Source of the DNA: Vicugna vicugna
Lineage: Eukaryota
DNA length: 64,000 nt
Reading direction: 5' to 3'
Assembly: GCA_013265495.1 (NCBI GenBank)
Contig: MU058844.1
Span: forward strand, 9,072,184-9,136,183
Part shown: piece after piece, positions 1 to 13,369 of the stretch
Position numbering within the stretch: position 1 is the first letter of the stretch
How the letters are laid out: each line of letters opens with the position of its first letter
Program-made: the position numbers and the translations under genes
The notes under the pieces: generated by a model
What the model was told of the DNA's origin: nothing
Seen by the model: the letters and a program-made list of their open reading frames with translations, nothing else
Database searches by the model: none

Positions 1-239
1 GTTTGCTATTTTTCAATATTATTTTAAAATGTTTCTAAGTTAGAGTAACAGAATAGTTGAATTAACTGTCTTGATCTTCTTCTTAAGCAGTCATTTTGTC
101 TTAACACTCTGCCTAATGGTAAAAACACCCACATTATATAATCTCTGATCCCATTTTGGAGAAGGGAGCCATGAAAGATAATTCCAAAATATCATTTGTC
201 ACATGGAAAAAGGGTTACTCCAGAACACATTACCCATTT

Positions 240-395
240 TTATTAATTGAAAATAAATACTAATTGAACACCACTATATCTTAGACACTGGGAGTATAGC
301 AATGAAGTCAGATGAAGTCCAAGTTCACATAGAACTTACATATCAGAGGGAAAGACTGAGCAATGCATAAATTAGCAAGAGAATTTCAAATAAGT
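240..395 (-). mobile_element. L2 LINE 3'-end fragment
   Basis: aaatactaattgaacaccactatatcttagacactggg resembles the reverse complement of the L2 3' terminus. Confidence 0.6.
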
Positions 396-744
396 CATCC
401 AGTCTTAGATACATTTATTATTTTGTAAGATTTAGGGGCATTCTCTTTCTTCATTGTATCAAATAAGTAATTTTTTTTAAATCATGAGATATGATTTTAT
501 TTGGGAAAATTATTTGAGGAACTGTACACAATATACTGTTATTCTCAGGAACCTTAGAAATGTATTGGAAACATACCATACCTTTTGACCCAAACTATGA
601 AGTGGGTTTCTCATAATGAAATTGGTTTAAGTGAATGCGAAGCAACATTTCAACACCTTTTTACCTACTGCTTTTCTCCTCCTATAGGACCATGATCATC
701 TGAAGTTCAACCAGCCACAAATTCAAGGAACCCATCCTAGTTTT

Positions 745-1572
745 TGTTTATTCCTCTCATGATTAATCACCATTCAACTGGTGCCCTAAGCCAGGCATCT
801 GCTGCTTCTCCTCCCTAATCAGTTCCTACTTCTTGTAAATTTGACCTCCCACATCCTCCAGGGTGCCTCTTCTTCTCCAGTTTCATCACCGTTGCCTTGC
901 TCCATATCTTTACCATCTGCTGAATGGATTTTCCCAAAGGAAATCCTAATTCTGGTCTCATGTGTGCCTGTACCCCACCTCAATCCAGTTCACCCTCCAT
1001 AACCAGTGTTTTTGGAGAACACACATTTTATCCTTTCATTTTGCTGCCTGATATTATTTAAAAGCTCCCATTGCCTACCAGATAAAATCTGAACTTCCTT
1101 AGGTGTGTCATGGAAGGTTCTCACTATCTTCCCTTTATTTTTCTCATCTGCCCACCATCGTACTCTGTGCTCCAGCCATGTCAGATGGTTTCCTAGGAGG
1201 TTTCTGATCTTTCTCATCTCCTGGATTTTGTGCACACTATTTCCTCTGCTGAGGAAGTCTTTCATTCACACCTAACTACAGGGACAGCTACTATTAGACT
1301 TTAAAGTCTCAGCTTTAGTATCATCTTTTCAGACAATGCCACCCTGATAGCCTAGTCTAGGGGCTTTCTTTTTTGGGCTCCCCTAAAGAAACATGTATGT
1401 ATTTCTATTTTATCCTGTAGTGTTGGAATATACTATTTGTTCATAAATCTTGTCACTCTCATAGAACTGTGTAACTCCTAAAAGGCAGTGACTGTGATCT
1501 ATTCATCTCTGTGTCTCCAATGATTGGTATAAAGTAAATTTCAGTGAAATATTTGTTAATTAATTAATAACA
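745..1572 (+). mobile_element. L2 LINE 3' region, degraded
   Basis: Pyrimidine-rich L2-like body ending tgtaactcctaaaaggcagtgactgtgatctattcatctctgtgtctcc...aaatatttgttaattaattaat. Confidence 0.7.
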
Positions 1573-2038
1573 TTAAATAAGTAAATATTTTTATCTCTCA
1601 ATGGCATATTTTGTTTTGGATTGGTGTTGGGTGTTTTTTTTTTGTGATCTCGTATACTCAATCTAAACATTCCTATAAAAGAATGAAAGTGTGCAATCCT
1701 TGGAGTTGTTCACAAAATTAGTCAAATTTAAATTATTCTGTATTATCATTATGCTATCATACTAGTGTTAAGTTCAATATGATGTATCTGATGCATTTTG
1801 AAATTATTTTGTATACTCATCTGAGCAGCATATTATAAAAATATGTATGTTAAATATCATGGACTAGCATTTTCTGAACATTGAAACCAAGTTAATTTAA
1901 TAACAGCAATGTATAGTCAACTGGGTCATTTCATTCATTCTTTAAACTCAAATTTTATCATTTGAATTTTTTTCTTCCTACTGGGATACATTTTTTATAT
2001 CAGGAATATGTCTTCAAATATTTTTATTCCCCTTTCAG

Positions 2039-2140
2039 GAATTTGCTGCACTGACAAAAGAACTAAATGCCTGTAGGGAACAACTTCTAGAAAAGGAAGA
2101 AGAAATTTCTGAACTTAAGGCTGAAAGAAACAACACAAGA
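2039..2140 (+). CDS. PPFIA2: Liprin-alpha-2 internal coding exon A (102 nt, phase 0/0): [34 protein letters not shown]
   Basis: Acceptor ttattcccctttcag|GAA and donor AGA|gtaagt. Manual translation matches the liprin-alpha N-terminal coiled coil as I recall it for liprin-alpha-2. Not in the ORF track. Confidence 0.97.
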
Positions 2141-2810
2141 GTAAGTATAAAACTGCCTCTTCTCAGAATTAATTCCATGTATGGTTGAGTGCCTCATCTC
2201 TAATATACTCGTAAAAATATGAGCCTTTCAAAACCTGAGGGAGACTTTAAGCAGACACCAACTCGTAGTCTGTTACTTAAAGTAAAGGAGAATATACTAC
2301 AAAACAAAACAGGAAGACAGGAAACCTAAATTACAGTCTCTGCGACTAAATCACTACGTTGCCTTGGAAAATGTTGCTGTTCCTTCATTCTTTGCTTTAT
2401 TCGACCTTAAAAAGAAGAGCTGGATTTCAGTAGTGCTTTTCAAACTGTTGTATCAGAATAGGTGGGCAGCACTTCAGAGGCTGATGTTGGATAATGGAGG
2501 AGGGCACTGGGTTTGAGAGGGAAGCATGAGTTTGATTGTGTGGTGCTATGAGGGCATGGCCTGGCATTCATCCTCACCTCACTCCAGCAAAATATTTTTT
2601 AAAAGGTGCTAAAAACCTAACCATCTGGAACAGGACCCTCCTAATTAAAAGAGGCATCCTTTTGTATTTTAGAAGGTCCTCAAGGAGATTTCCAGTTTTA
2701 ATATTCCGATTTCATGAACCTGGTGGAATTTACAGTGTTCTGTTCTTGGAAACCCATGTATTTGTTCCATCTCATGACATGCTAAGTAACATTAAAATTT
2801 TAAATTTTCA

Positions 2811-2924
2811 GGGTGATGTTATAGCTCAGTGGTAGAGTACGTGCCTAGCATGCTTGAGGTCCTGGGTTCAATTCCCAGTACTTCAATTAAATAAATAAAC
2901 CTAATTATCTACCCCCTCAAAAAA
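2811..2924 (+). mobile_element. tRNA-Ala-derived SINE (camelid Vic-1-like)
   Basis: tRNA-like head with A box tagctcagtgg and B box ggttcaattcc, then an aaataaataaacctaat...ccccc-A tail. A second copy lies at 22715. Confidence 0.85.
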
Positions 2925-3714
2925 GTTTAAAATTTGACCAAAGATGATACATTTTCTTGCTCAGAAGAAAAAGTCATTAAATTTTATAAAATTTATAAAT
3001 TGCCATGTTACTCATAAACTTAGAGAAGTTTCTTTACTCAAAGAACTTAGAGAAGAACTACTTTGGTGTGACTATATTTAATTTCAATACGAGGTAAGTG
3101 AAAATACTTCAAGTGTTAGAGCTCTGGCAGATTAATGCTGAGAAAATAAGGCACAGTTAATAGTGTATTCATTTTATGCTTGATCTTAGAGAGGAATACA
3201 AAAATGACAGATCCACCAACAGTGAGCTTGTGCCTCTAATGAGAGGTACCATTCCATGCCTGAGAGCTATATGATCAAACTCAGTATATCTCCCTATTCT
3301 TCAGGCTCTTATTTTATGGTAAAGGGAATTCACATGGTGTGCACATAGAAATTGATTTTCATTGAGACTGGTGAGCCAGTCACATGGACTGTCTCAAATG
3401 AGACGTAACAAAGATAGTTTAGATCACGTTATCAGGTGACAAATTAATTTTTCTGTTTTTTCTCTCCCTCTCTATATTTTTCCCATCTTTGATTTTTAAA
3501 TTACACTTTTTTTCATGCAAATTTAAAGTTTTTCTGCCATGAGATTTATTCTACCGTATTTCACTATTTCCTATTTTAATGTTTTAGGCGGCATTCCCTG
3601 ATAAACCTCAGTGCAGCCAAATGTAGGAATAGAAACAGGAAGCTAAAAATGGAGGGAAATGCAAATATCTTGGTAGACTTCTAACTAATGTTCATATTTA
3701 AAAAGCACCAGAAG

Positions 3715-3915
3715 CTCTTTTATTAGCTGCGTATGCATTTCTCCTTTCTCCAGCCCTGCAAGGTAGATGTTATATTCCCCATTTTACAGATGAGACAGTT
3801 GAGCTCGGAAACGGCAGACCACTTACCAGAAGTCACACAGATTGTAAACAGCAGGAAGGGATTTGAAAGCTGAGTGGTCTAACTCCAGATCCTGTGCCCT
3901 GAGCCATGAGGCCAT
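3715..3915 (-). mobile_element. MIR SINE
   Basis: MIR core ccccattttacagatgagacagttgagctc...gtcacacag...gggatttgaa. Confidence 0.8.
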
Positions 3916-5029
3916 CAGCACAATTATTCAAAGTTAGATCCACGAAGAAACTCAAAGATTGACCACAGTTTAGGGGGAGCATTGCCTTCTAGTAGACCAC
4001 TGTAGTGTGGATTATGTTACTCCTTGATTGTGACTAATTTCAGAGACTGGGAGATTTGGGGACAGCATCTACACAATTATCATCATATTACACCCCATGA
4101 AGCCAAGAAATACCTGTGGCTATTGCATCCGCAGAGAAGTTTTGGGTGATAAAGAGAGTAAGTCAAGCTACACTTGAAAGAAGTCAAAGTGAGAAAAATA
4201 TAAATATTAAGTTCAATTTGGAGAACAGAAATTGAAGCCATTTATTTTAAACATAAATCATAATTACTTTGAAAACATAAATAAAGCTGGAAGACATTTT
4301 TTTTACCTTCCTTAATGCAGTGATGTAGAGAGTATTTATGGATGATATGTCAAGGAAAATAGATTTATGAAAACTTCCTTGTGCAAAGTATTGATTATAT
4401 AACAACTTCCTAAATCATATAACCACCTCTCAACCTCCTGTACTACCCCCCTCAAACATATGCAGGGATGAAAATCAGATGATCATCTCTCTTCCCCCAT
4501 AGTGTCCCATTAAATGTTGCTAAATAAAACAGTTTCTTATAGATTTATATAATAGTTTTTCCTACACATTGTGTTTTTCTTCTTGCTATAAACACTTACT
4601 TATTGGTTATAGAGAGCAACAAGCTAGCATTTCCTTCTGGCACCTAAAGAAAATTTGATTGGTGTCAGATTATGGGAAAGTTTAAGTCAGAATTGAGGGT
4701 CTCAATTTCCAGGATTCTGATAAACTTGTGACTCTCTCTTTCCATATTGAATAGTTTACATATGCTCATGAATTGAAATAAATAACATAGAAAAGACAGT
4801 TCACAAAGAGAATTCATGAGTGGTTGGAGTTTTTCATATTAATTTTGAGAATCATCAAAAACAACAGATCGGGAAGGTATGATATTTGAATGAATTATAT
4901 CGACCCCTAAATAGAAAATCGATTTTTCAGAGGGGAATGAATTAATGAAGTTTATCTAATATGTCAAGTAATAATAATAATAATAACAACAACAACAATA
5001 ATATTAACAAATAATACTAATAATATAGT

Positions 5030-5200
5030 AACACATTAATTGAATGTGAAATATCGTTCTAAATAAATGTTTTATATGTTTAACTTAGAATCTTCTTATA
5101 GCAATCCCATTTTCCCCATTTAACTGATGAGAAAACTAACATAGTAAGTAACTTGCCCCAGGCCACACAGTTTATGAGTGACACATCAGGGAATCCACCC
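5030..5200 (-). mobile_element. MIR SINE preceded by an (AAT)n/(AAC)n tract at about 4969-5010
   Basis: ccccatttaactgatgagaaaact...taagtaacttgccccaggccacacag. Confidence 0.75.
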
Positions 5201-7489
5201 ACTGGCTTAACCACAGGCTATATATTTAAGAAATCACATCCCTATGTCATTCACAAGCCATATGTGATACAAGGGATTGTTTTAGGTAAGAGCAGAGTTT
5301 GTTCAGTTTCTGGTAATTCAGTCCCAATCTGCTCAGTGATTTATTTTGCATCAATTGTATGAAAAGTAATGTACTAGGTATTTATTCTGATGTAACAGGT
5401 AAAAGCTGTGACCACTTATCACTGATACTACAGATAAATCTGGTCCTTGGCCCAAAAATATAAGTGAATGAGAAAAACCAAAGTACTCACTAGAGTTGCT
5501 CTTAAATCCAACTGCTTCAAGTAATTAAGTTGAGGACATCCAAATAAAAGCATCCTGATGTTGTGATTGTGTGAAAAGTTCAAAAATTGTAGTGGGTATT
5601 TACGGAAACATTCAAACAAGTTTATTGTTTTATGTTTCCACACTGACAAAAAGTAGAAAAATGATGAAATAAAATTTGTTACTCTTAAACTTCTCTGATC
5701 ATAGGTAGGCAAGTTAAACTTAAAATAGCATTCCTGAGATTATTTTAGCATATTCAAACTGACTGCTGAAATTTACCATGTTTTGGCAGAATTATCTGAA
5801 TTAATGGAAAGGTAAAGGAAAACTAGAAATATTAATATAGTCATTATTTCTTGATATCAGAGTAGAGAAGTTCCATTGTTGTTTTGAAACTATTTCAACT
5901 GTTTCTGTGGCTGAAGATCTCAAAGGATTGTTTATATTATTAAGTGTTTTGGAATGCAACTGTCATATGACTTTGAAAAAGAAGTTACGGTTTCAAGAGC
6001 TAGTCTTAATGTCCGTTATAAACAGTAACACTGTAATTTCATCTCATGGGTCAACAATTTAAAAAGACTTAGTTATCTTTAGCTCAAATTAAAGACTGAA
6101 CTTGCAACATTCCTTCCTATGCTCTTACTTTTGTTTTGAGCCAAAAGAGCCATGCCAAATAAATGTTCCAATACAATCAGACACCTGCCGTTAAGAAAAG
6201 CTTCCCATTCCTGACGAACCTCTGTTTATGCAAGTTAACAAAACCCCTCCAAACATATTTCCCCAATGAGTAGAAAGTACAATCCAGTTGAGAAAAGGAA
6301 GACCCTAGCAGTTGGAAGCAGATGAAGATACATGTGTGGGTGTGTGTGGGTTCATGTATCCATATTTATGTAAGTGCTATGATAGTATATGATGAATACA
6401 ATATAAGAGTGAATAAGAAAGGACATATGGCTTCCAAACAGCTGTTTCAGTGTGAGACTCAAACACGCACATCAGATACATAGGGGACCTAACAATATTT
6501 GAGACTAGAGGTTGTTGAGTAGACTAATGATAAAAGCAACCTGTGGGAAGGTTTTCATTTTCAGATGTTAGTATTGTGTTATGTGACCATACTTCATAAG
6601 CTAAATTAGTTTACAGAGCAAAATGTACTTCTTGAATGCCATATGTGATTGAAAATAATTGCACACAGGGTTATATAGAGTTTAGATCTAATAGAAAGAT
6701 GTATAGTTTTAGAAATTTAGTTGAAAAATTTCCAAGGAGGCAATATATGTATATATGCATATATGATATGATGTATTTGTGTGTATACACATATAATCTG
6801 TGATCATTTAAAGGGAATTCCAACATAGATTAATGGCCATTCACATAGTTCCTGCAATCCTTTGAGTAGTATATCAAAAATAGTGCCTTCTGCAAGATTT
6901 GTTAAACATGAGACTGAAGTTCGGCTCCCAAATAAGTTATACAGCTAGTAGATTGTAAGTGACATCTTAGATAAGTTCCTCTTTATTTTTCATTTGAAGC
7001 TTAAAAACCATAGATATATGCTAGATTAGAACATTTTTGGCCACATTCTCCGAGATAGATAATTTACAATCATTATTGCTTCCACTCAGCAAGGAAGTTC
7101 CAAGCATCTATGATACAGAATATTTTCCTAGGCATTGAGGAATGTTCAGAATAAGTTAAAATTGCTAAGCCCTTAAGGAGTCTGTTTTATATTAATAAAG
7201 CACAGTTGGTTTTATTGTTACATGGATGAGAATTCCTAATTGCACAAAATAGTACAGTTCAGCTGTTTTTAATCAAGAAGGCTTTAAGGCATGTAAGAAA
7301 TCTCTAAACTGAGCTTCCAGGCATAATTTCTAGGACCACATTTCTTAGCCTTGTAAGTTTTTCTTACACCCCAAGTCCCAGAAACACGCAGACTCTGCTA
7401 CTCCCTGTGCCAGCAGTGGACACCTTATGCTCCCCATACAATTGGTCCTGCCCTGGTGGCTCTGGTTGGCTGACTCTTAAGTCACATTT

Positions 7490-7508
7490 CTGCCACCTAG
7501 TGGTAGAC
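7490..7508 (-). promoter_or_regulatory. Candidate CTCF binding motif
   Basis: ctgccacctagtggtaga, reverse complement ...CCACTAGGTGGCAG, matches the CTCF core. Motif evidence only. Confidence 0.5.
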
Positions 7509-8811
7509 ATGGCTGAGAACTCTTTCTTGGCTCCTACATTAGGCCGGTGGCATTCAGAATGTGAGGACCTATCAAACATGGAGGGTATATTCAGAAGCTT
7601 TGGGGCAGCCAGAAATGGCAGTCTGCACTACTACCCAGATTTGATCACACCCTTTTTCATATTAAAATTCAAAATGCAGCAATACTGATATGTATCTAGC
7701 CAACAACACAAATATACCTCTTAGACAAAAATAAAATCACCTTTTCTCAAAAAAGAAGGCTTATGATCTCTAGTTGCTGCATCCAGCCTCATGAATAGGG
7801 TTCTCCAGGGTGTACGTTCTTGCTCTCATTAAATCTCATTCTTCTCTTAATATTCTGTAACCTATGGACTACTTTAAATGTTCATCAGAATCAACATACC
7901 CAATATAAAACAGAGTAAAAGGGTAAAAATGTAACAAGAAAAATGGGAAAATAATTTAATATATATTATGTATATGATACAATAAAAATAGAAAGATCCT
8001 CTTTTCTCCAACTAACTAGTCAAAAAGTCCTACTAGCAGTTATAAATTCCAGTTCTAAACCTTGATCCCTGGACCTATGTATGCAGACTGATATATATTC
8101 TGAGAGAAACTGAACCTTACTTTCATCACTAATTCTGAGTGTGTACTAATGCCGGGATGATAGCACCCCAACCTAGCAATGTGTTAGCTCTCTGCTTTAT
8201 TTAAAACAGATTCTTCCTGGGATCATCTAGCCATTCTATAGGATCATCTGCTTCTGATTGATGCGATAGCTTGGTGAAACTAGGGCCAGGAGCATCAGTC
8301 GACTTCATTACTTCTTTCACTGTAACTTGAGTTTGGGGGGGCAGAAGTCATGTCGTGTATGATAACAAGACTATAAGTGAAAATCTATAGGATGGTGTCA
8401 CTGGTACAAGCATAGCCATTAGGGAAGACAAATCCATTATCCAGAAAAAAGTATTTATTACTGAAAGAAAAGATAGCTTACTCCACTTTGATGGAAGAGA
8501 TTTGATATAATCTGCTTGCTCAAGATGGATAGTTGGTTTCCAGGTGTATTGTACTATGTCAGGTGTTTAAGGTTGATGGCCATTCAGCTGTAGTGGTAAT
8601 CCTAGCAGCTTTAATGAGAAGCCCATTTGTTCGGGTCAGTGAATAACTCCTATAAGATAAATATTTTTTTTTCTTACCAGATTATTGAAAGCCTTTACAC
8701 CAGTGAGTACCAAAGAAATAGTCCTAGCTTAGAGCTAATATCCAAGAAATTTTGGTATTCTCTTTTCCTTAGTTGTTACCATGCTACATGGTTGCAGTTC
8801 CCTTTAGGGAA

Positions 8812-9790
8812 CATTTTCTGATTATTGCTTCATAACAAACCACCCCAAAATTTAAAGGCACAAGTAATATTTTACTATACTCCTAGTTCTGTGGGTCAGG
8901 GGTTCAGAAAGGGTACAATGGTGACAGCCCTTCTCTGCTCCAGAAGTCAGCTGGGATGATTTAATGGCTAGTGACAGTGACGTGCTGGTAAATGATTTCT
9001 CTTTATCAGAAAAAGCAAAAAGCACTGAAATATAGTGTTTGTCAATTTCCATGGTGTAAATACTCCCACTGTAGCTTATTTCAAGCTACCAACATGATGT
9101 CACTGAATGCAGAGTTGAAAAAATATACACAGTAGTGAACCACTATGTAGTGTTTCTATCATTCAAATACAATTGAGCATACAACACTGTGGGCATAGGT
9201 AATAGTAAAATACAGTAAGATAGTTAGGAAGTGATACATTGTGAGTGTTTACTACTTTTTAAAAATGTCCTATTTAATTACAAGCTTACCTACTTTAAGC
9301 TTTAGCAATGACTGTTTAACTACCAGCTCACACGATTTCTGAAAATTAACAATCATCTCCCACGGGATGGTATGGGCCAGCTTTAGCATGTGACTCGCAG
9401 GTGGTGGCTCAAAAATCTGGAGGCTGAAAGATCTACTTGTGAGATGACTTTATTACTCTCATGTCTGGCATCTGGGCTGGGGTGGCTGAAGGACAGGCAG
9501 GTTCAACTGGGACTTTACACCCCAGAGCCTTCATATGACCTCCCTGGCATAGTGGTCTCAGAGCAGTGGGTTTTTAATGTCATGGCTCAGGGATCCAAGA
9601 GCAAGTGTTCCAGTGAACTAGATGGAAACTGCATTGCCCTTTAGGATCTAGATTCAAATATCACAGATTGTGACTTCCATCATACTGTGTTGGTCAAAAC
9701 AGCCACAGGCGTACCAGTTCAAGAAGAGGGAACATGGACTCCATCTCTCACTAGCAGGAGTGCCAAAGAAATTGGGCCTTTGTTTTAAAA
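8812..9790 (-). mobile_element. MLT1 (H/G-like) MaLR LTR, split by a MER63 insertion
   Basis: attgcttcataacaaaccaccccaaaa...ttctgtgggtcagggg; resumes tcatgtctggcatctgggctggg...ggactccatctct. Confidence 0.75.
8975..9396 (+). mobile_element. MER63B-like hAT-Blackjack DNA transposon (MITE)
   Basis: Starts cagtgacgtgctggtaaatg, contains gtgtaaatactcccac...tttcaagctaccaacatgatgtcactgaatgcagagttg, and ends gccagctttagcatgtgact. Confidence 0.8.
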
Positions 9791-11479
9791 AAAAAATCAT
9801 CACGAATAGATATAATAAAGAGTTACAGCAGCTACTTGCGTTGTTTTTTTTTTCCCCAAAAAAATATACAACCTCACCTTATTTAAACTGTAAAGTGACT
9901 CAGGTATGAGATTTGGAGAAGGCCAAGACACTTTGTCAGGTGACTCAAGTCTGGACTCAGCCCTCGAGACACAGAGCTACTATAACTAATAATTAATTAT
10001 GAATATGATCATTTTATTAATACAGTCTGGTCCTCACTGGCCTGTTAGGGATTCTGTGATGAATTACCATCACCAAAGATGCCAGTGGATCCAACCATTC
10101 TGCCTGTTACAGTAACTGCACTTACTGTATCCCAGGTGATTACGTATCGTTACTTGGCCTCTGCTATTGCCGGATTCTGTCATCTGCGGGGGAATCTAAG
10201 AGTCCATTTTAGGACCAGCATCTCTCATTTTTCATCCCTTGACAATACAGAGCTACTGCTATGGGGACTTCATAGTTCTGGGCTCTCTTCCTACTAGTCT
10301 GTTTCTTAATGGGTGAGTGAAAATAGCGTCATTCTCATCTCAAAGGAAATGGTTAAACGGTAGGCAAAATTCTCCATTTTTGACTCCAGAAATCCTTAGT
10401 TTCTTTCTTCTACCTTATACCCAAGTAATTTCTGGATTCTCATCTTCACATATTCTAAAACAGCCTCATTTGAGGCCACCATTGACTTCATATTTTAGTT
10501 AGCCAGGGGAGCAAATGATTACAACCACTCCTAGTTGCTTGATATCAAAGTGGAATCCATATTCTCTGATAAATATAGTCAGACTTACTATTTTAACCAG
10601 ACTGAATTTTTTGCTTCTCCCTTCTTGTTCCAGTGCAATTATAGTAGCATCTATTTCTACATGTATTTCCAGATTTCTGAGATTGCAATTTAGCAAAATC
10701 ATACAAGTCTTGATTTAGGTTAGACTTTGTAATTCATCCCTTGGTGTTCCAGGTAGAAGCCTAGAGGCAAGAAGGGGTTTCAGGGGTGGGACATGAGGAG
10801 CAGCAGCTTTGTTTTACAAGGTACTTGCTTTAAGTGCAGTCATTACATAGTCAGCAAGACAAACAAGATGAGGCTCTTCAGTGAAGCAGTGAAGATTTGG
10901 TGGGTAAGGGTAACTCAGACTTCTCTGAATCCTTCTAAATGTCCTTTTTCTAGTCCTTGGGGTGCCTTTTTATTTTCAGAGTAGTGCCAAGATTTCCACA
11001 TAAGACACCTAAAAAGGCTCTGAGTTCATCCTACATTGTAATTCAATGACCTCTCCTAGATCAGGCTCTTCATCTTCTTTCTGTTATGTCTTAAAGCCTC
11101 AATAAGAGGCTGTTATGAGCAGCCATAGCCACTCTTGGGTTCTCCAAGCCTTGCCCTAAAATTTAAAACCTTAAGCTTGTCATTTTCTTTCTTTAAATTC
11201 CTCAGTGCAGTTCAAAGCTTCCAGCTGACCTCATTGTCCTTCTATTCTTCCTCCCCTTCAAAATGGTCTGTGGTAGCTATGACTCAGTCCATCAAAGCCT
11301 TACTTTCAGAGGCACCCCATTTCAGGAGAACTCAGGGGGCCATTTAAGTAACTACGTTGCCTTTATGTACCATGGAAGACAATGCCTCTTCTTTTAATGT
11401 TAATCTAATTGTTACTTTGTCAAATCTATCCGGGTCAGATATTCTGGATTCCTGTTTGTTTGAAACAAAAGAAAGCTCT

Positions 11480-12130
11480 TCCTTTCCTCATGGACCTTAC
11501 ATTATTTTTGGGAGACAGACTATAAATAAAATAAATGAATAAAATAAATATTACATTAGATACAGACAAATGCTAAGGAGGAAAAACAAACTGGAAAGGG
11601 GATATTTAGTGCAGGTGGTGACCAGGAAAAGCCTTGTTGAAAGGTGAGATTTGAGGAAAACTATGAAAGAGATGGTGGAATGAGATGGTCATGCAGTTAT
11701 CAGAAAGAGAATGTTTTAGGGGGAAAAAATCACAAGCACAGAGTCCCTGATGTGAGATCATAGATGATGGATATGTTAATAAAACATAGCAAAACTGCAA
11801 AGAAGCCAAATCAGCTAGACTGGAATGAGCAAGAAGAATAAAAGATGAGTTCAGAGAATTTAGATCCCTTTTGTACTTGTAAGGACTCTGGTTTTTACTT
11901 GAGCCAAATGAGAAGACCTTGAGGATTTCAGCAGAGGGATGGATGACCTGACTTACATTTTAACTTAGTGTTTTAGAAATAGCCTGATAGGAGGATGAAA
12001 GCAGGAGGACTGGTTAAGAAGCAATTGTAATAATTCAGGGGAGATGTTGGGTCTTGGACCCAGGTGGTAGCAGTGGATATAATGGCAGGTGGTCAGAGTC
12101 TAGAAGTTGTAAGAATATGGAAAGGACTAA
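11480..12130 (-). mobile_element. L2 LINE fragment
   Basis: Purine-rich L2 antisense: aaggtgagatttgagg...tgtaaggactctggtttttact...ttggacccaggtggtagcagtgga. Confidence 0.75.
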
Positions 12131-13369
12131 TTTTAGAGAATGAACTATAAAATTTTAGATGGGTAAGAAGAAAGTGAGGGAATGAATATGGTGAAAAGCA
12201 GTAATAAATTCAATGATAAAGAGATTGAGGGTGCAAGTATCTTTATAGTTTGAGCATTTAAATATCTGAACTAAACTGTAATGATTTGTGAGTTACATAA
12301 TAAAAATTCAATTATGGAAGAGTTGTATTTATTGATAACAGTAGTATATATAGTGAAACCATAACTGTGAGTTACTGAAATAGAGTAGAAATTGAGACCA
12401 TTGAAGAACACAGTCTAGAAATTTAGATTCCAGCATGCTGGAAAAATCATCTAAACGGGTAATAAAAATCACCAAAAATTATGGCTGGGGTAGCATTGAA
12501 AAGAGTGACAATGGTCTAGTTGCTAACATACTCAAGGAGCAATGGAGAGTGACCCAGAGCATGGCAGAGGACCATTATGAGGAAAGGTAGCAGTAGGTAT
12601 GACTGGATGTGCTGAGTGTCACAGCGTCTTTAGCTGCCAGTAACAGAATTCACTCACTTAATGGATATTAAGAAATTCTTACCTAAAACAGTCTGTCGCC
12701 TAACCTTGCAGAACAAAATTTTATAACTTCATTGCAAAGCTGATAAGGGTATTGTTTCCCCTTTTTCATATAAAATCATGATTCTTTTGCCACTTTCCCT
12801 TGAGCAAAATAGATGCCTTCACCAACTTATTTATATGGCTTATAACTTATTTATACCATTCATGTCTTGCATGTGTGTAATTAATAGAAAATACATGGCG
12901 CCAAACACTGAGAATTATAGTATTTTGTACTCTATGTAGGGAAGGTGAGATGAACATTATGAGAAACTTGCCAAATGTAAACAGTGTGATCAAAAGATTT
13001 AGGTAGTCTCCAATAACAGATGTCCTTTATGGCTTCACTATAATACTCACACTGTATTTCTTTCCTGGAGGATACAGATTATGTCTCATACAAATTTGTT
13101 TCCTACCCAGTGCCATGCAATATTAGATGCTCAAATAGTTATTAGATTACTGTATAAATCAATATATCTGTAATTTATAGTTAGAGAAGCCAGTTTACAT
13201 TGCATTATAAGTCTTGTTTCTTTGTAAGTGTATCATCTATCTAAAACATACATATATACATAGCAATGTTGATTAGCTTAAGCTTTTAGGAAATAATGCC
13301 AGTTAACCATGGATGCAGATTTAGCTTTGATATAGGCCAGAATGTACACTGGATAATTTACCTCATTTA

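Larger units (their letters stand above)
8040..11440 (-). mobile_element. Degraded ERVL-MaLR internal (MLT-int-like) sequence, interrupted at about 8812-9790 by an MLT1 LTR and MER63
   Basis: MLT-int-like motifs agggaagacaaatccattatccag and tacttggcctctgctattgccggattc. No intact ORF. Confidence 0.55.

Noticed and set aside
2811..2885. Functional tRNA-Ala gene (also 22715-22790)
   Set aside because: The stems are mismatched, CpGs have decayed, there is no Pol III T-run terminator, and both copies share a SINE tail with poly-A.
5272..5295. Second AG|GTAAG recursive-site candidate (gttttag|gtaagag)
   Set aside because: The pyrimidine tract is only about 6 nt and is preceded by purines, too weak without data.
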